Shown here piece by piece: positions 27,679-37,771 of a stretch of 64,000 nucleotides of DNA. The DNA comes from Meiothermus sp. Lineage in GTDB: Bacteria > Deinococcota > Deinococci > Deinococcales > Thermaceae. Position 1 is the first letter of the stretch, and each line of letters opens with the position of its first letter. Made by a program: the position numbers and the translations under genes. The stretch covers positions 1-64,000 of the forward strand of contig JANRLD010000039.1 in the NCBI GenBank assembly GCA_033762915.1, read 5' to 3'. The notes beneath the pieces were generated by a model. That model was not told where the DNA came from and made no database searches. It saw nothing but the letters and a program-made list of their open reading frames with translations.

Positions 27679-28272
27679 TCATTGCTCATGGCTCACCGCC
27701 AGCTGCTTCCGCTGCGCGATGTGCCGCCGGAACCGGAAGGCGTTCTCCGGCAGGTGCAGGTCCATGCCGTACTTGTCGGGGCCGACGGCGCGAACCTGGG
27801 CCACGATCACGCTGAGGTCGTCGCGCTCGAAGGCCCCCAAGACCGCCTCGCCGAACTGCAAGGGGTTGGTGGCGGTGGCGACGTGCTCGATGCCCGCGCC
27901 CCGCGCAATCGCCGCCAAGTCGGTGATGCCGGAGGTGGTGTGCGAGGCGAAGCCGCCGGTGGAGAGCAGGCTGCCGTTGTCGAAGATGATGTGCACCATG
28001 TTTTTGGGGCGGTAGCGGGCCAAGGTGGCCAGGGTGCCCAGGTTCATCAGCACCGAGCCGTCGCCGTCGAGTACCACCACCTTCTCCTCGGGGCGGTGCA
28101 GGGCCAGCCCAAGGCCAATCGAGGAGGCCAGCCCCATAGCGTGCTGGAGGTAGAAGAAGTTTTCGCGATGGCCCAAGTTGTACAGCTCCTGGGCGCAGGC
28201 CCCCATGATGGTCACCACCAGCTTGTCGTGCAGCTCGGGGTAGATGGCCTCGAGGCATTTGGAACGTTCCAT
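27679..28272 (-). CDS. ThDP-dependent decarboxylase beta subunit (sulfopyruvate decarboxylase ComE-like)
   Basis: AMGLASSIGLG, DGDGSVLMN, FDNG. Confidence 0.85.
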   Translation of the reverse strand: MERSKCLEAIYPELHDKLVVTIMGACAQELYNLGHRENFFYLQHAMGLASSIGLGLALHRPEEKVVVLDGDGSVLMNLGTLATLARYRPKNMVHIIFDNGSLLSTGGFASHTTSGITDLAAIARGAGIEHVATATNPLQFGEAVLGAFERDDLSVIVAQVRAVGPDKYGMDLHLPENAFRFRRHIAQRKQLAVSHEQ

Positions 28273-28781
28273 CAGTCCTCCATCAAGTCCCGCGTCAGCA
28301 GCAGTGCCACCGGGGAGAGCGAGCTTTGGGCGAAGGTGTAGGCCTCGCGAATCTGCTGGCCGACCTTGGCGGGGTCTCGGGCGTATTCAAAAGGAATCTT
28401 CAGTGCCCGAAGCACCTCCTCGGTCACGATGCCGCCCTTGGTGTGCCAGGGGTAGGGCTCGCCCCAGTGGCCGCGCAGGGCGATCAGCATGCAGAGCGGC
28501 ACGCTGTAAAGCTGGGCCAGCGAGACGATGCCGTTGATGGCTGCCAGGAAGCCGTGGTTCTGCATCAGCAGCAGGTGCCGCTCGCCCGCGAAGTAGGCCC
28601 CGGCCGCAATCCCGATGGCCTCCTCCTCTTTCGCCACCTCGATGAGCTGGACTTCGGGGTCGTCCTCGAGCCGCTGTAGCAGATACACCAGCCAGGTCTC
28701 AGGCAGCGCCGAGACCGAGGTGACGCCTGCCGCCTTAATGCCCGCCAGAACCGCCTTGGAGTTTTCGTAGGATACCGACAG
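28272..28781 (-). CDS. ThDP-dependent decarboxylase alpha subunit (ComD-like), probable CTG start
   Basis: KEEEAIGIAAGA, LMQNHG; frame extends to CTG 5 nt after GGAGG. Confidence 0.8.
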   Translation of the reverse strand: MSVSYENSKAVLAGIKAAGVTSVSALPETWLVYLLQRLEDDPEVQLIEVAKEEEAIGIAAGAYFAGERHLLLMQNHGFLAAINGIVSLAQLYSVPLCMLIALRGHWGEPYPWHTKGGIVTEEVLRALKIPFEYARDPAKVGQQIREAYTFAQSSLSPVALLLTRDLMED

Positions 28782-28922
28782 AGCGACCTCCCCGTGCGCT
28801 GGTGTTTGGGAAACTATATCAGCGGGTGGCAGGAATGGGGAGATGGGGAGAGAGTAAGAAGAGAACGAAAAATGGGGCGTTACCTAAACGCCCCTTAACT
28901 TTGGGGCGATTAGACTCGAGGT

Positions 28923-29453
28923 ATGAAACTGCTTTGGCTGATCGGATTGTTGATGCTGTTCGGCATTGCCCAGGCCCAGAAAGTGCAGTTTGGGGTCAAG
29001 CTCGGGTATGACTTCCCGCAGATTGTGGGCATAGGGCTGCGGGCCGACTTCGAGGAGGCGGGGTTGCGGTTGATGGGGGGTGGACTGTTCGGAATCTATA
29101 CCCTCGAGGCGCACGGATATTACCGATTCTCGACCGACATAAACGGCTCGGGTGGGTACGCGGGCGTGGGGGGTGGGATGCTGGCGAACTTTTCCCAGAG
29201 TTTCTGTCGCGTCCCCATCCCTACCCCAATCTCGCTGCCCCCGCCCGGCTCGCCCGCGCACGAGCCGCAACAGTGCTCGAGCCGGTGGGCCTGGCCATTC
29301 GTCTCGGGTCTGCTGGGCTATGAGTGGGTTTTGGGTGGTGGGTTTAGGGTCTTCCTCGAACTGCGCCCCATATACCAGCTCAGCCTACCCAACACCTATC
29401 CAGGCCCGGCCTTTCAGCCCGCCTTCGGGGCCGGGATCGTCTGGTGGTTCTAA
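28923..29453 (+). CDS. Secreted/outer-membrane beta-barrel-like hypothetical protein
   Basis: Signal peptide (AQA), amphipathic strands, C-terminal Phe. Confidence 0.6.
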   Translation: MKLLWLIGLLMLFGIAQAQKVQFGVKLGYDFPQIVGIGLRADFEEAGLRLMGGGLFGIYTLEAHGYYRFSTDINGSGGYAGVGGGMLANFSQSFCRVPIPTPISLPPPGSPAHEPQQCSSRWAWPFVSGLLGYEWVLGGGFRVFLELRPIYQLSLPNTYPGPAFQPAFGAGIVWWF

Positions 29454-29914
29454 CCCCGCCGTGACTGCTGGCGCTCGCTGCTGTCCAGCCAGATGGTCAC
29501 TGGGCCGTCGTTGACCAACTGCACCTTCATGTCGGCCTGGAAAATGCCCTCGGCCACCTCGAGGCCCTGCTGCCTCAGCAAATCGCAAAACTGCCCGTAC
29601 AGCCGCTTGCCGTCGTCGGGCGTGGCAGCATCAATAAAGCTGGGGCGGTTGCCCTTGCGGGTGTCGGCGTAGAGGGTGAACTGCGAGACCGCCAGCACCC
29701 TGCCCCCCACATCCGCCAGGCCCAGGTTCATCTTGCCTTCGGGGTCAGTGAAGACCCGAAGGTTGGCGATCTTGCGGGCCAGATAGGCGGCGTCCTCCTG
29801 GGTGTCGCCTTTGCCCACGCCCAGCAGCACCGTGAATCCCTTCTCTATTTCGCCGACGATTTGACCATCAACGACTACCCTGGCCTCCGACACCCGCTGA
29901 ACCACAGCACGCAT
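29450..29914 (-). CDS. dtd: D-aminoacyl-tRNA deacylase
   Basis: [19 protein letters not shown]. Confidence 0.97.
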   Translation of the reverse strand: MRAVVQRVSEARVVVDGQIVGEIEKGFTVLLGVGKGDTQEDAAYLARKIANLRVFTDPEGKMNLGLADVGGRVLAVSQFTLYADTRKGNRPSFIDAATPDDGKRLYGQFCDLLRQQGLEVAEGIFQADMKVQLVNDGPVTIWLDSSERQQSRRG

Positions 29915-29916
29915 GG

Positions 29917-30687
29917 CTATTTGCCCTTGTACTCCGGCAACCGTTTCTCGAAAAACGCCCGCACCCCCTCCTGGTGGTCGGTGGTTTGGCTGGCTAGATC
30001 TTGGATTTCGGCCTCGAGCTCGAGCATCTCCTCGAGGCTGCTTTGGCTGGACAGGCGCAAGGCCCGCTTAATCAGGCCGTAGGTGCGGGTGGGGCCGCTG
30101 GCGAACTGCTCGGCGATTGCGGCGGTCTCGGACTCGAGTTGCTCCAGGGGGACTACTTTGTTCACCAGACCCAGCGCCAGACACTCCTGGGCGCTCATGC
30201 GCGGCGAGAGCGTGGCCAGCTCGAAGGCCTTGGCGTAGCCCACGATGCGGGGCAGGGTGTAGGGCATGGCGCAGTCGGGGATCAGCCCGATGCGGCTGAA
30301 GCCGGTGGTGAGCACCGCGTTTTCCGCCGCAATCCGGTAATCGCAGGCCAGTGCGAAGGACATCCCCGCCCCCGCCGCCGCGCCGTGGATCGAGGCCAGG
30401 ATGGGCTTCTCGCAGGCGGTCATGCTCTGCACCAGCCGGGTGTAGTAGCCCAGCCCCTCGCGCACGCTAAGGCCCAGGCTGCCGAAGGCCTTGAGGTCCT
30501 GCCCACTGGTGAAGCCCCGGTCGGCCCCGCGCACCACGATGGCCCGCACAGCCTCGTCGGTTGCGGCCGTGTCGAAGGCGGCCTTGAGCCCCGTCAGTAG
30601 CTCGCCGTTGAAGGCATTGATGGTCTCGGGGCGGTTAAGGGTCAGCCACAGCACGCTCCCGCGCATTTCCGACAGCAGTACGCTCAC
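29917..30687 (-). CDS. Enoyl-CoA hydratase/isomerase
   Basis: [26 protein letters not shown]. Confidence 0.9.
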   Translation of the reverse strand: MSVLLSEMRGSVLWLTLNRPETINAFNGELLTGLKAAFDTAATDEAVRAIVVRGADRGFTSGQDLKAFGSLGLSVREGLGYYTRLVQSMTACEKPILASIHGAAAGAGMSFALACDYRIAAENAVLTTGFSRIGLIPDCAMPYTLPRIVGYAKAFELATLSPRMSAQECLALGLVNKVVPLEQLESETAAIAEQFASGPTRTYGLIKRALRLSSQSSLEEMLELEAEIQDLASQTTDHQEGVRAFFEKRLPEYKGK

Positions 30688-31151
30688 GTCTCCTCCTTAA
30701 GGCGGCGCAGAATTTGGATCTGCCCCGCGTGATAGATGTCGTGGTTGGCCACGCCGAAGACCAGCTCCTGAACCGTCCAGCGGCCCACCTTCCGCTCGAG
30801 CTGTTCGGGCTCGAGCCCTGCGACCGCAGCCGAAAGTTCCTTGTGGCACCTGCTCAAGAACGACAGGTCTTTCTTCCAGTCGGCGGCACTGGCCGAGTTA
30901 ATGAGGGGGAAGTCGTTAAAAGGGCGGGGAAACTCGGCCTCGAGGCCGCGAATCCGGCTTTGCGCCGCGAACTTCCAGTAGGCGCAGTGTAGCGCGTACT
31001 CCCAGATGTTGTGGCGACCCTCCGCCGGACGCCAGAGGGCCTGCTCGACCGTCACCCCGCGCAGGCTCTGCTTGAGGTTGGTCCCATGCCAGGTTGGCCG
31101 GGTGTAGGCCTGCTCGAGCATGGCCAGCAGCAGTTCGATCCGGGCGTCCAA
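30684..31151 (-). CDS. DinB family protein
   Basis: HNIWEYALH, HDIYHAGQI. Confidence 0.85.
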   Translation of the reverse strand: MDARIELLLAMLEQAYTRPTWHGTNLKQSLRGVTVEQALWRPAEGRHNIWEYALHCAYWKFAAQSRIRGLEAEFPRPFNDFPLINSASAADWKKDLSFLSRCHKELSAAVAGLEPEQLERKVGRWTVQELVFGVANHDIYHAGQIQILRRLKEET

Positions 31152-31152
31152 G

Positions 31153-31485
31153 CTACTTCAGCCTTTCCTCGGGAAAGCGCCGGCCTTCCCAGCAGTCGAT
31201 GAAGGCGGTGCCCGCCGCCAGCTTGGCGCTGTGCGGAACCCCGGCGGGGATGTGGTAGTAGTTGCCCTTGGTGAAAACCTTGACCTCGCCGCCGATGTTG
31301 AACTCGACTTGCCCTTCCAGCACCACCCCCCACTGTCCGTCGTGGGCGTGCTCGGGCACGACGGTTTCCTCAGCCACTTGGGCGAAGCCGATCTGCCCGT
31401 TGTGCCCCGAGAGCACCGCCATGTCCATGCCCGGCCAGAGTTCGACGTGCTTGAAGGCCTTGAACCATTCAGGGAAAACGCTCAT
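31153..31485 (-). CDS. Cupin domain protein
   Basis: PEHAH, VLEG, IPAGVPHSA. Confidence 0.85.
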   Translation of the reverse strand: MSVFPEWFKAFKHVELWPGMDMAVLSGHNGQIGFAQVAEETVVPEHAHDGQWGVVLEGQVEFNIGGEVKVFTKGNYYHIPAGVPHSAKLAAGTAFIDCWEGRRFPEERLK

Positions 31486-31629
31486 GTTGTTGACCTCGCC
31501 CCGTAGTCTATGTCGCGCCGGTGCATATCCGCAAGGCGGGCTGGGACCGCAATCACGTGTCTGGCGCAATTCTGTGGTGTTGGGGGCGGCCTCTGGCGAG
31601 GCGGGTATAGGGGGAACCGAGGGCCTGCG

Positions 31630-32061
31630 CTATTGCGCCAGGGCCTGCTCGAGCGCATTCCAGGCTAGTGTTGCGCACTTCACGCGGGCGGGGAGCTGGT
31701 GAACGCCCGCCAGCGCCGAGAGTTGCCCCAACTGGGGGCTAGGCGGGGTGCCGTCGACAACCATGGCCTTAAAGGCCCTAGCCAGCTCGAGGGCCTCCTC
31801 CCGGGTCTTGCCCTGCACCAGCTCGGTCATCATCGAGGCCGAGGCGGTGCTGATGGCGCAGCCGCTGCCGGTGAAGTGGGCGGCGACAACCCGTTGGCCC
31901 TCGAGGCGCAGCATCACCCCCACCCGGTCGCCGCAGGAGGGGTTGTGGCCCTGGCTCTGGGCGGTGGCTTCCGGCAGTGGCCCGTAGTTGCGCGGGCGCT
32001 TGTAGTGCTCGAGGATGAGCTCGCGGTAGAGGTCGTTGAGGGCTCCGCTCTGCGGCGTCAT
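31630..32061 (-). CDS. sufU: SUF NifU-like sulfur-transfer/scaffold protein
   Basis: LYRELILEHY, NPSCGD, GCAIS, RVKCATL. Confidence 0.92.
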   Translation of the reverse strand: MTPQSGALNDLYRELILEHYKRPRNYGPLPEATAQSQGHNPSCGDRVGVMLRLEGQRVVAAHFTGSGCAISTASASMMTELVQGKTREEALELARAFKAMVVDGTPPSPQLGQLSALAGVHQLPARVKCATLAWNALEQALAQ

Positions 32062-33290
32062 AGCCAGTCCTTGAAGAAGTCTCGCACGTCCTTCAGCGCT
32101 TCTACGAAGCGGTCCACGTCGTCCCTGGTGCTGTAGAGGTAGAAGCTGGCCCGCAGCGTCGCGGGGATGCCCAGGGCGCGGTGCAGCGGCTGGGCGCAGT
32201 GGTGGCCCGCCCGCACCGCCAGCCCGTAGGGCTCGAGGGCCGAGGCCACGTCGTGGGCGTGCAGGGTTCCGAGCGTGAAGGGCACGATCCCGCCCCGGTC
32301 GGCTCCCCTGGGGCCGAACAGCCAGGCCTCGGGAACCTCCTCCTCCAGCCGTGCCAGCGCGTAGGCGACGAGGGCCTGGTCGTGCGCCCAGACTTTCTCC
32401 ATCCCTACGGCGGCCAGATAGTCCGCCGCCGCCCCCAGCCCCACCGCCTCGGCGATGGCGGGCGTCCCGGCCTCGAAGCGCTGGGGGGGCGGGGCGTAGG
32501 TGGAGCGCTCGACGAATACCTCGTCGATCATCTCCCCGCCCCCCAGGAAGGGGGGAAGCTGCTCGAGCAGCTCGTAGCGCCCCCACAGCACCCCCGCGCC
32601 GGTCGGCCCGCACATCTTGTGGCCCGAGAAGGCCAGGAAGTCGGCCCCCAGGTCCCTCACGTCCACCGGAAGGTGCGGCACCGACTGCGCCCCGTCCACC
32701 ACCACGATGGCGCCCTGTTCGCGGGCCAGCTTGGCGATCTGGGCCACCGGGTTGACCGTGCCCAGCACGTTGGACATATGGACGAGGCTGAGCAGCCGGA
32801 CCTTTGGCGTGAGGAGCGTCTGGAGGGCGTCCAGGTCCAAGCGCCCCTGCGGGGTAACGGGAACCGCCTTGATCGTGGCCCCGGTTCGCCCCGCAACCAG
32901 GTGCCAGGGCACCAGGTTGGCGTGGTGCTCCATCTCGGTCAGCAGGATCTCGTCGCCGGGTTTCAGGTTGCCAAGACCCCAGCTGTACGCGACCAGGTTC
33001 AGCGCCTCGGTGGCGTTACGCACGAAGACTACCTCGCGCTCCTGGGCCCCGATGAAACGGGCCAGCTTCCCCCTGGCCGCCTCGAAGGCGGCGGTAGCCT
33101 GCACCGAGAGCGGGTAGGCTCCCCGGTGGACGTTGGCGTTGTGGTGGAGGTAGAAATCCTCGATGGCCGCTAGCACTGCCCTCGGCTTCTGGGAGGTGGC
33201 GGTGGAGTCGAGGTAGACCAGCTCGGGCTGCCCTTGCAGGAGGGGGAAGTCCGGTTTGAGTTTCAGGTCTAGGTCGGGGGAGAGGGTCAT
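32058..33290 (-). CDS. sufS: Cysteine desulfurase
   Basis: YLDSTATSQKP, FSGHKMCGP, RAGHHCAQPL. Confidence 0.95.
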   Translation of the reverse strand: MTLSPDLDLKLKPDFPLLQGQPELVYLDSTATSQKPRAVLAAIEDFYLHHNANVHRGAYPLSVQATAAFEAARGKLARFIGAQEREVVFVRNATEALNLVAYSWGLGNLKPGDEILLTEMEHHANLVPWHLVAGRTGATIKAVPVTPQGRLDLDALQTLLTPKVRLLSLVHMSNVLGTVNPVAQIAKLAREQGAIVVVDGAQSVPHLPVDVRDLGADFLAFSGHKMCGPTGAGVLWGRYELLEQLPPFLGGGEMIDEVFVERSTYAPPPQRFEAGTPAIAEAVGLGAAADYLAAVGMEKVWAHDQALVAYALARLEEEVPEAWLFGPRGADRGGIVPFTLGTLHAHDVASALEPYGLAVRAGHHCAQPLHRALGIPATLRASFYLYSTRDDVDRFVEALKDVRDFFKDWL

Positions 33291-33748
33291 GGGATGCCCC
33301 GCTCGAGCAGTTGATCGAGCTTGTAGCTGTCCAGCAGGCCGCGGATCTGGAGGGTGCTCTCGAGCCAGACCGGCTTTAGGCGGCAGTGGCCCTTGAGCTG
33401 CTCGGTGGCGCAGCGCGGTTTGGTCTGGCAGGTGTCCATCACCACCGGCCCCGAGAGGGCCTCGATCACCGCCAGCAGCGAGAGCTGGCTTAGGTCGGTG
33501 CGCAACCACAGCCCGCCCTTGCGCCCCATCCGGGCCTCCACCAGGCCGGCCTTGGTCAGGTTGGATAGTACCTTGGCCAAGTAAGCGGGGGGGATTTGAA
33601 GATGCTCCGCCACCTCCGCCGCCCCGATGCCGGGCTGCTCGGCGATAACCCGCAGGGCGTGGATGCCGTAGCTCTCCTCGCGCCTTAGCAGGGTACGGAG
33701 CCGGGGGCCGGGGACGGGCTTGAGGAGGGATTCGGGAGCGGGCGTCAT
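33287..33748 (-). CDS. Rrf2 family regulator with three Cys (Fe-S)
   Basis: YLAKVLSNL, GRKGG, C-x5-C-x8-C. Confidence 0.88.
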   Translation of the reverse strand: MTPAPESLLKPVPGPRLRTLLRREESYGIHALRVIAEQPGIGAAEVAEHLQIPPAYLAKVLSNLTKAGLVEARMGRKGGLWLRTDLSQLSLLAVIEALSGPVVMDTCQTKPRCATEQLKGHCRLKPVWLESTLQIRGLLDSYKLDQLLERGIP

Positions 33749-33829
33749 AGCTTCTCACCTCAAGCTTCTCTCGAGTCAGGGGGACATTAGGCCCAAGGCA
33801 TCTGTCCCCCCAGCGCGGGCCTATAGTTT

Positions 33830-33853
33830 ATCTCGGACATCAATATCGGAGTT
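33830..33853. promoter_or_regulatory. Imperfect palindrome, candidate Rrf2 operator
   Basis: ATCTCGGACATCAATATCGGAGTT, 16/24 self-complementary, between divergent Rrf2 and nirK. Confidence 0.5.
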
Positions 33854-33871
33854 GGAAGAAAAGAGGAGTAT

Positions 33872-34981
33872 ATGAGCAGCAAGTCCCTACAAAACCGGAA
33901 CAACAACCCCATCTGGATGGCGCTGGCGATGGCGGTGATGCTGGCCCTGGCGGGGGTCTTCGGCTGGTGGCTGCGGATGACCCGGAGCGAGGCCGGCCAG
34001 CCCGCAGCGGTCCAGGTCGCTGTGGCCTCCGAGGCGCTGCCTGCCGAGTTGGCCTCTATCGCCCTCGACCCCGCAGCCGTGCCCGCCCCCGTGGGGTCTA
34101 GGGCTGCACAACTGGTAAAGGTGACGCTCGAGGCCAAGGAGGTCGTGGGCAAGCTGGCCGACGGCACCGCCTACACCTACTGGACCTTCGGCGGCCAGGT
34201 GCCTGGCCCGATGCTGAGGGTCAGGAAGGGCGACACCGTGGAGGTGCGCTTCGTCAACCCCGATACCAACACCATGCCGCACTCGATCGACTTCCACGCG
34301 GCCACCGGACAGGGCGGCGGCGGCGCGGTCAGTCAGGCCATGCCCGGCGAGACCAAGATATTCCGCTTCAAGGCCCTAACCCCCGGCCTGTTCGTCTACC
34401 ACTGCGCCACCCCTTTAGCCGCCATGCACATCGCCAACGGCCAGTACGGCCTCATCCTGGTTGAGCCGCCGCAGGGCCTGGGCAAGGTGGACCGCGAGTT
34501 CTACGTGATGCAGGGCGAACTCTACACCGCCCAGCCCAATGGCACCCCCGGCAAGCTGAGCTTCGACCCGCAAAAGCTGCTGGACGAGCGGCCCGAGTAC
34601 TTCGTCTTCAACGGCGCGACCGACGCCCTCACCGCCCAACACCCCCTCAAGGCCGAGGTGGGCGAGACGGTGCGGATTTTCTTCGGCGTGGGCGGCCCTA
34701 ACTTCATCTCGACCTTCCACGTCATCGGCGAGATATTCGACACGGTGTACGATCAGTCCTCACTGGCCAACCCGCTCCGGGGCGTGCAGAGCGCCATCAC
34801 CGGCCCCGGGAGTGCCTCGATTGTGGAGTTCAAGCTGGACTACCCCGGCAAGTACCTGCTGGTGGACCACGCCCTCTCCCGCGCCGGCCGTGGCCTGGTG
34901 GGCCACCTCGAGGTCGGCGGTAAGGCCGACCCCAGGGTCTTCGAGACCCTGACCCCGGTCAGCAGCGGCGGTGGCCACTGA
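33872..34981 (+). CDS. nirK: Copper-containing nitrite reductase, membrane-anchored
   Basis: HSIDFHAA, YHCA..HIANG, FHVIGEIFD, VDHAL. Confidence 0.93.
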   Translation: MSSKSLQNRNNNPIWMALAMAVMLALAGVFGWWLRMTRSEAGQPAAVQVAVASEALPAELASIALDPAAVPAPVGSRAAQLVKVTLEAKEVVGKLADGTAYTYWTFGGQVPGPMLRVRKGDTVEVRFVNPDTNTMPHSIDFHAATGQGGGGAVSQAMPGETKIFRFKALTPGLFVYHCATPLAAMHIANGQYGLILVEPPQGLGKVDREFYVMQGELYTAQPNGTPGKLSFDPQKLLDERPEYFVFNGATDALTAQHPLKAEVGETVRIFFGVGGPNFISTFHVIGEIFDTVYDQSSLANPLRGVQSAITGPGSASIVEFKLDYPGKYLLVDHALSRAGRGLVGHLEVGGKADPRVFETLTPVSSGGGH

Positions 34982-35040
34982 ATCGGCTTACGCGTCGAGG
35001 GTCGCTGTCGTAAAGATCAGTCCCTCAATCCCCACAATCA

Positions 35041-35068
35041 AAAGGCCCCCGCTCGAGCGGGGGCCTTT
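35041..35068. terminator. Terminator after nirK
   Basis: AAAGGCCCCCGC/GCGGGGGCCTTT. Confidence 0.7.
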
Positions 35069-35186
35069 CCTGCAGGATAAGCCGCTTTCAGGCCGCAGAC
35101 GGGCCGGCCAGAGGCCAGTCATCCAACGCCATGCGCCGCGTCTGGGCGCTGTTGTGCCGGGTATCTGCTGTGGGGAAGTGTGGCTG

Positions 35187-35831
35187 TCAGCCGCCTCGAA
35201 CCTGCGCCAGCGCCTCGAGCACTTCCCGGTCGGACACCTGGGGAAAGTCCTGGTAGAACTGCCCGACCGCCCTGAAGTCTTGGGGCCGCAGAAGTGCAAC
35301 CACCGCGTCGGCGAGTTGCTCGAGCTCCTCGGCGCTGTCGGGCGCGGCGACCGGCACCGCGACCACGACCTGCGCGGGGTTCTGCCGCCGCACCGCGTCC
35401 AGTGCCGCCCGCACGGTGGCCCCGGTAGCCAGCCCGTCGTCCACCAGGATCACCACCCGGTGCTCGAGCTGCGGCAACGGTTTGGAGCCCCTGTACAGTG
35501 CCACGCGCCGCTGGAGTTCCTCCCGTTCCCGCGCCTCGACCCGCGCCAGCTCCTCCTCACCGATCTCCAACGCCTCAAGCAGGCGTTGGTTGATGTAGCG
35601 CCCACCCCCCATCGCAACCGCCCCCATCGCCAGCTCGGGCTGCCGCGGCACCCCCAGCTTCCGCACCGGCCAGACGTCGAGGGTGCCCCCCAAGGCCTTC
35701 GCCACCTCGAGGGCCACCGGCACCCCGCCCCTGGGTAGGCCCAGCACCATCCCCCCCAGGCCCAGCTTTCGCTTCTGGAGCAGCCCTGCCAGGGCGCGGC
35801 CTGCTGAGGTGCGGTCGGCGAAGGTCTCCAT
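35187..35831 (-). CDS. Phosphoribosyltransferase family protein
   Basis: FADRTSAG, GLPRGGVPVA, VDDGLATG. Confidence 0.9.
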   Translation of the reverse strand: METFADRTSAGRALAGLLQKRKLGLGGMVLGLPRGGVPVALEVAKALGGTLDVWPVRKLGVPRQPELAMGAVAMGGGRYINQRLLEALEIGEEELARVEAREREELQRRVALYRGSKPLPQLEHRVVILVDDGLATGATVRAALDAVRRQNPAQVVVAVPVAAPDSAEELEQLADAVVALLRPQDFRAVGQFYQDFPQVSDREVLEALAQVRGG

Positions 35832-35940
35832 GGCGTGAGGTCAAGGGTGGAGGGTTACGGGGTAATTACGGCCGGATTGCGTTCTCGGGCTTGATGGGCG
35901 GGAGGCAGGGCCCCAGTGCGGTGGCTACAGTCGGCGTGCC

Positions 35941-36213
35941 CTAGCGCTCGACCTCGGTCCCGGCAAAGCCCTTCACGCTGAGCCTGCCCAGCCCTAACGC
36001 CTTCACCTCGTCGCGCTTGACCAGCAGGTAGTCCAGGCGCTCCTCGAAGGGACTGTCCTCGAGGCGCACGTTGCGCAGGATCAGGACGTTCTCGTGCCCC
36101 TCCCAGCGGGCCGCCTGGCGGCGCAAGGCCTCGGTGTCGGGGAACTCACCCACCTCGATCTCCTCACCTACGAAGATGTGGTTCTCGAGCAGCACGATTC
36201 GTTCACGTCTCAT
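35941..36213 (-). CDS. Hypothetical protein
   Basis: AGGAGG RBS, 90 aa. Confidence 0.65.
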   Translation of the reverse strand: MRRERIVLLENHIFVGEEIEVGEFPDTEALRRQAARWEGHENVLILRNVRLEDSPFEERLDYLLVKRDEVKALGLGRLSVKGFAGTEVER

Positions 36214-36323
36214 GATGGCCTCCTGAGCGTAAGTCTGGGCAATCTGCGTTACCGCACCATTACCGGGGACTGGTAATGACGCGGTAACACGGGCCGGGTA
36301 GCTTGGGGCCGGAGGTGAGGGCG

Positions 36324-36710
36324 ATGGTAGGCAACGAGCGCAACAACAACTGGATTGCCGGGCTGGTGCTGATCGGCTTGGGCTTGGTCTTTCTGGTTCA
36401 AAACATCACCGGGGTTCAACTGGGTAACTGGTGGGCGCTGTTCATCCTGATGCCGGCTGTATGGGCCTTCTGGAACGCCTGGGAGATATACCAGAAAGAG
36501 GGCAAGCTGACCCCTCAGGCCGCCCGCATGGCCCAGGGCGGGCTGTTCCCGCTGGTGATCGGGCTGATCTTCCTGTTCAACCTGGACTTCGGCAGGCTTT
36601 GGCCGCTGCTCCTGGTGATCGCGGGCATCGGGGCCATCCTCAACCCCCGCAACCCCGAAAAGCCCAGCGACCCCAACCCCCCCGACCAGGGCAGCATCGG
36701 TTACCGCTGA
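36324..36710 (+). CDS. LiaF-like membrane protein
   Basis: GLVLIGLG, WWALFIL, LWPLLLV. Confidence 0.7.
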   Translation: MVGNERNNNWIAGLVLIGLGLVFLVQNITGVQLGNWWALFILMPAVWAFWNAWEIYQKEGKLTPQAARMAQGGLFPLVIGLIFLFNLDFGRLWPLLLVIAGIGAILNPRNPEKPSDPNPPDQGSIGYR

Positions 36711-36780
36711 AGGCCGTGACCCCTGACCGCATCACCCCTCAGCCCGCGCCCTGTGAGTGCGGGAGATAAGGAAGTGTGCC

Positions 36781-37683
36781 GTGCAGCTGAAAAAGTCGAA
36801 ACCCTCGAGCCCTGGAGGGAGGTCTCGAGCCGCATCCTTGGTTCTGGCCCTGACAGGGCTTGTGGCCGCCCTGCTGCTGGCCGGCTGGGCCGGTCTGCAG
36901 GTGCGGCCTGCGCCGTTCCCGCCCTACCCCGCCGCGTCTGCGCTGCCCGAAACCCTGCCACTGCCCGAGGGCCTGCCCGCCCCGGTGGAGCGCTACTACC
37001 GTGCCCTCTACGGCGCTCGGGTTCCGCTGGTCCGCTCGGCGGTGATCACGGGACGCGCTAGCATCCGCCCCGTCCCCTTCCTGCCCGCCTTCCCGGCCCG
37101 CTTCCGCTTCACCCACGAGGCCGGCAAGAACTACCGCCACTACATCGAGGCCACCTGGTTCGGCCTCCCGGTCATGAAGGTCAACGAGACCTATCTCGAC
37201 GGCCACAGTCGCCAGGAGATGCCCTGGGGCACCGTGGAGAACGCCCCCAAGGCCGACCAGGCCGCCAACCTGGGTATGTGGGCCGAGACCTTTTCGATGC
37301 CCTCGGTCTTCCTGACGGACCGCCGCGTGCGCTGGGTGGCGGTGGATAACCAGACGGCGCTGCTCGAGGTGCCCCCCTCCACGGCCCAAGGGGGGTCCGC
37401 AGACGGCTCGAGGGAGCGCTTTGTGGTGCGCTTCGACCCCCGCACCCACCTCGTCACTGCCGCCGAGGTCATGCGCTACAAGACCGCCGACCAGGCCGCC
37501 CAGAAAATTCTCTGGATCACCCAGTATCTGCCCGGCCAGACTGTGGAGGTTTACGGCGCACGCCTCCCGGCCGTGGGGTCGGCCACTTGGCTCGACGACG
37601 GCAAGCCCTGGGCCTACTTCACCAGTGAGTCGGTGGTCTACAACGCCGACCTGAGCGGCTATGTGCGGGCCAAAGGGTTGTGA
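36781..37683 (+). CDS. Membrane-anchored hypothetical protein
   Basis: N-terminal TM, LPAPVERYY; start uncertain. Confidence 0.7.
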   Translation: MQLKKSKPSSPGGRSRAASLVLALTGLVAALLLAGWAGLQVRPAPFPPYPAASALPETLPLPEGLPAPVERYYRALYGARVPLVRSAVITGRASIRPVPFLPAFPARFRFTHEAGKNYRHYIEATWFGLPVMKVNETYLDGHSRQEMPWGTVENAPKADQAANLGMWAETFSMPSVFLTDRRVRWVAVDNQTALLEVPPSTAQGGSADGSRERFVVRFDPRTHLVTAAEVMRYKTADQAAQKILWITQYLPGQTVEVYGARLPAVGSATWLDDGKPWAYFTSESVVYNADLSGYVRAKGL

Positions 37684-37771
37684 GGCCTGCGCGGAGGGCG
37701 AGACCGCGCTCAGTCCCGACTCACCCCGCATTTCGCCCAGGCTCAGCCGCCGTCGCAACACTCAGAGATCG

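Noticed and set aside
36248..36290. Nested inverted repeats GTTACCGC/GCGGTAAC as a regulator site
   Set aside because: Plausible between divergent genes, but there is no second copy or cognate regulator to support it
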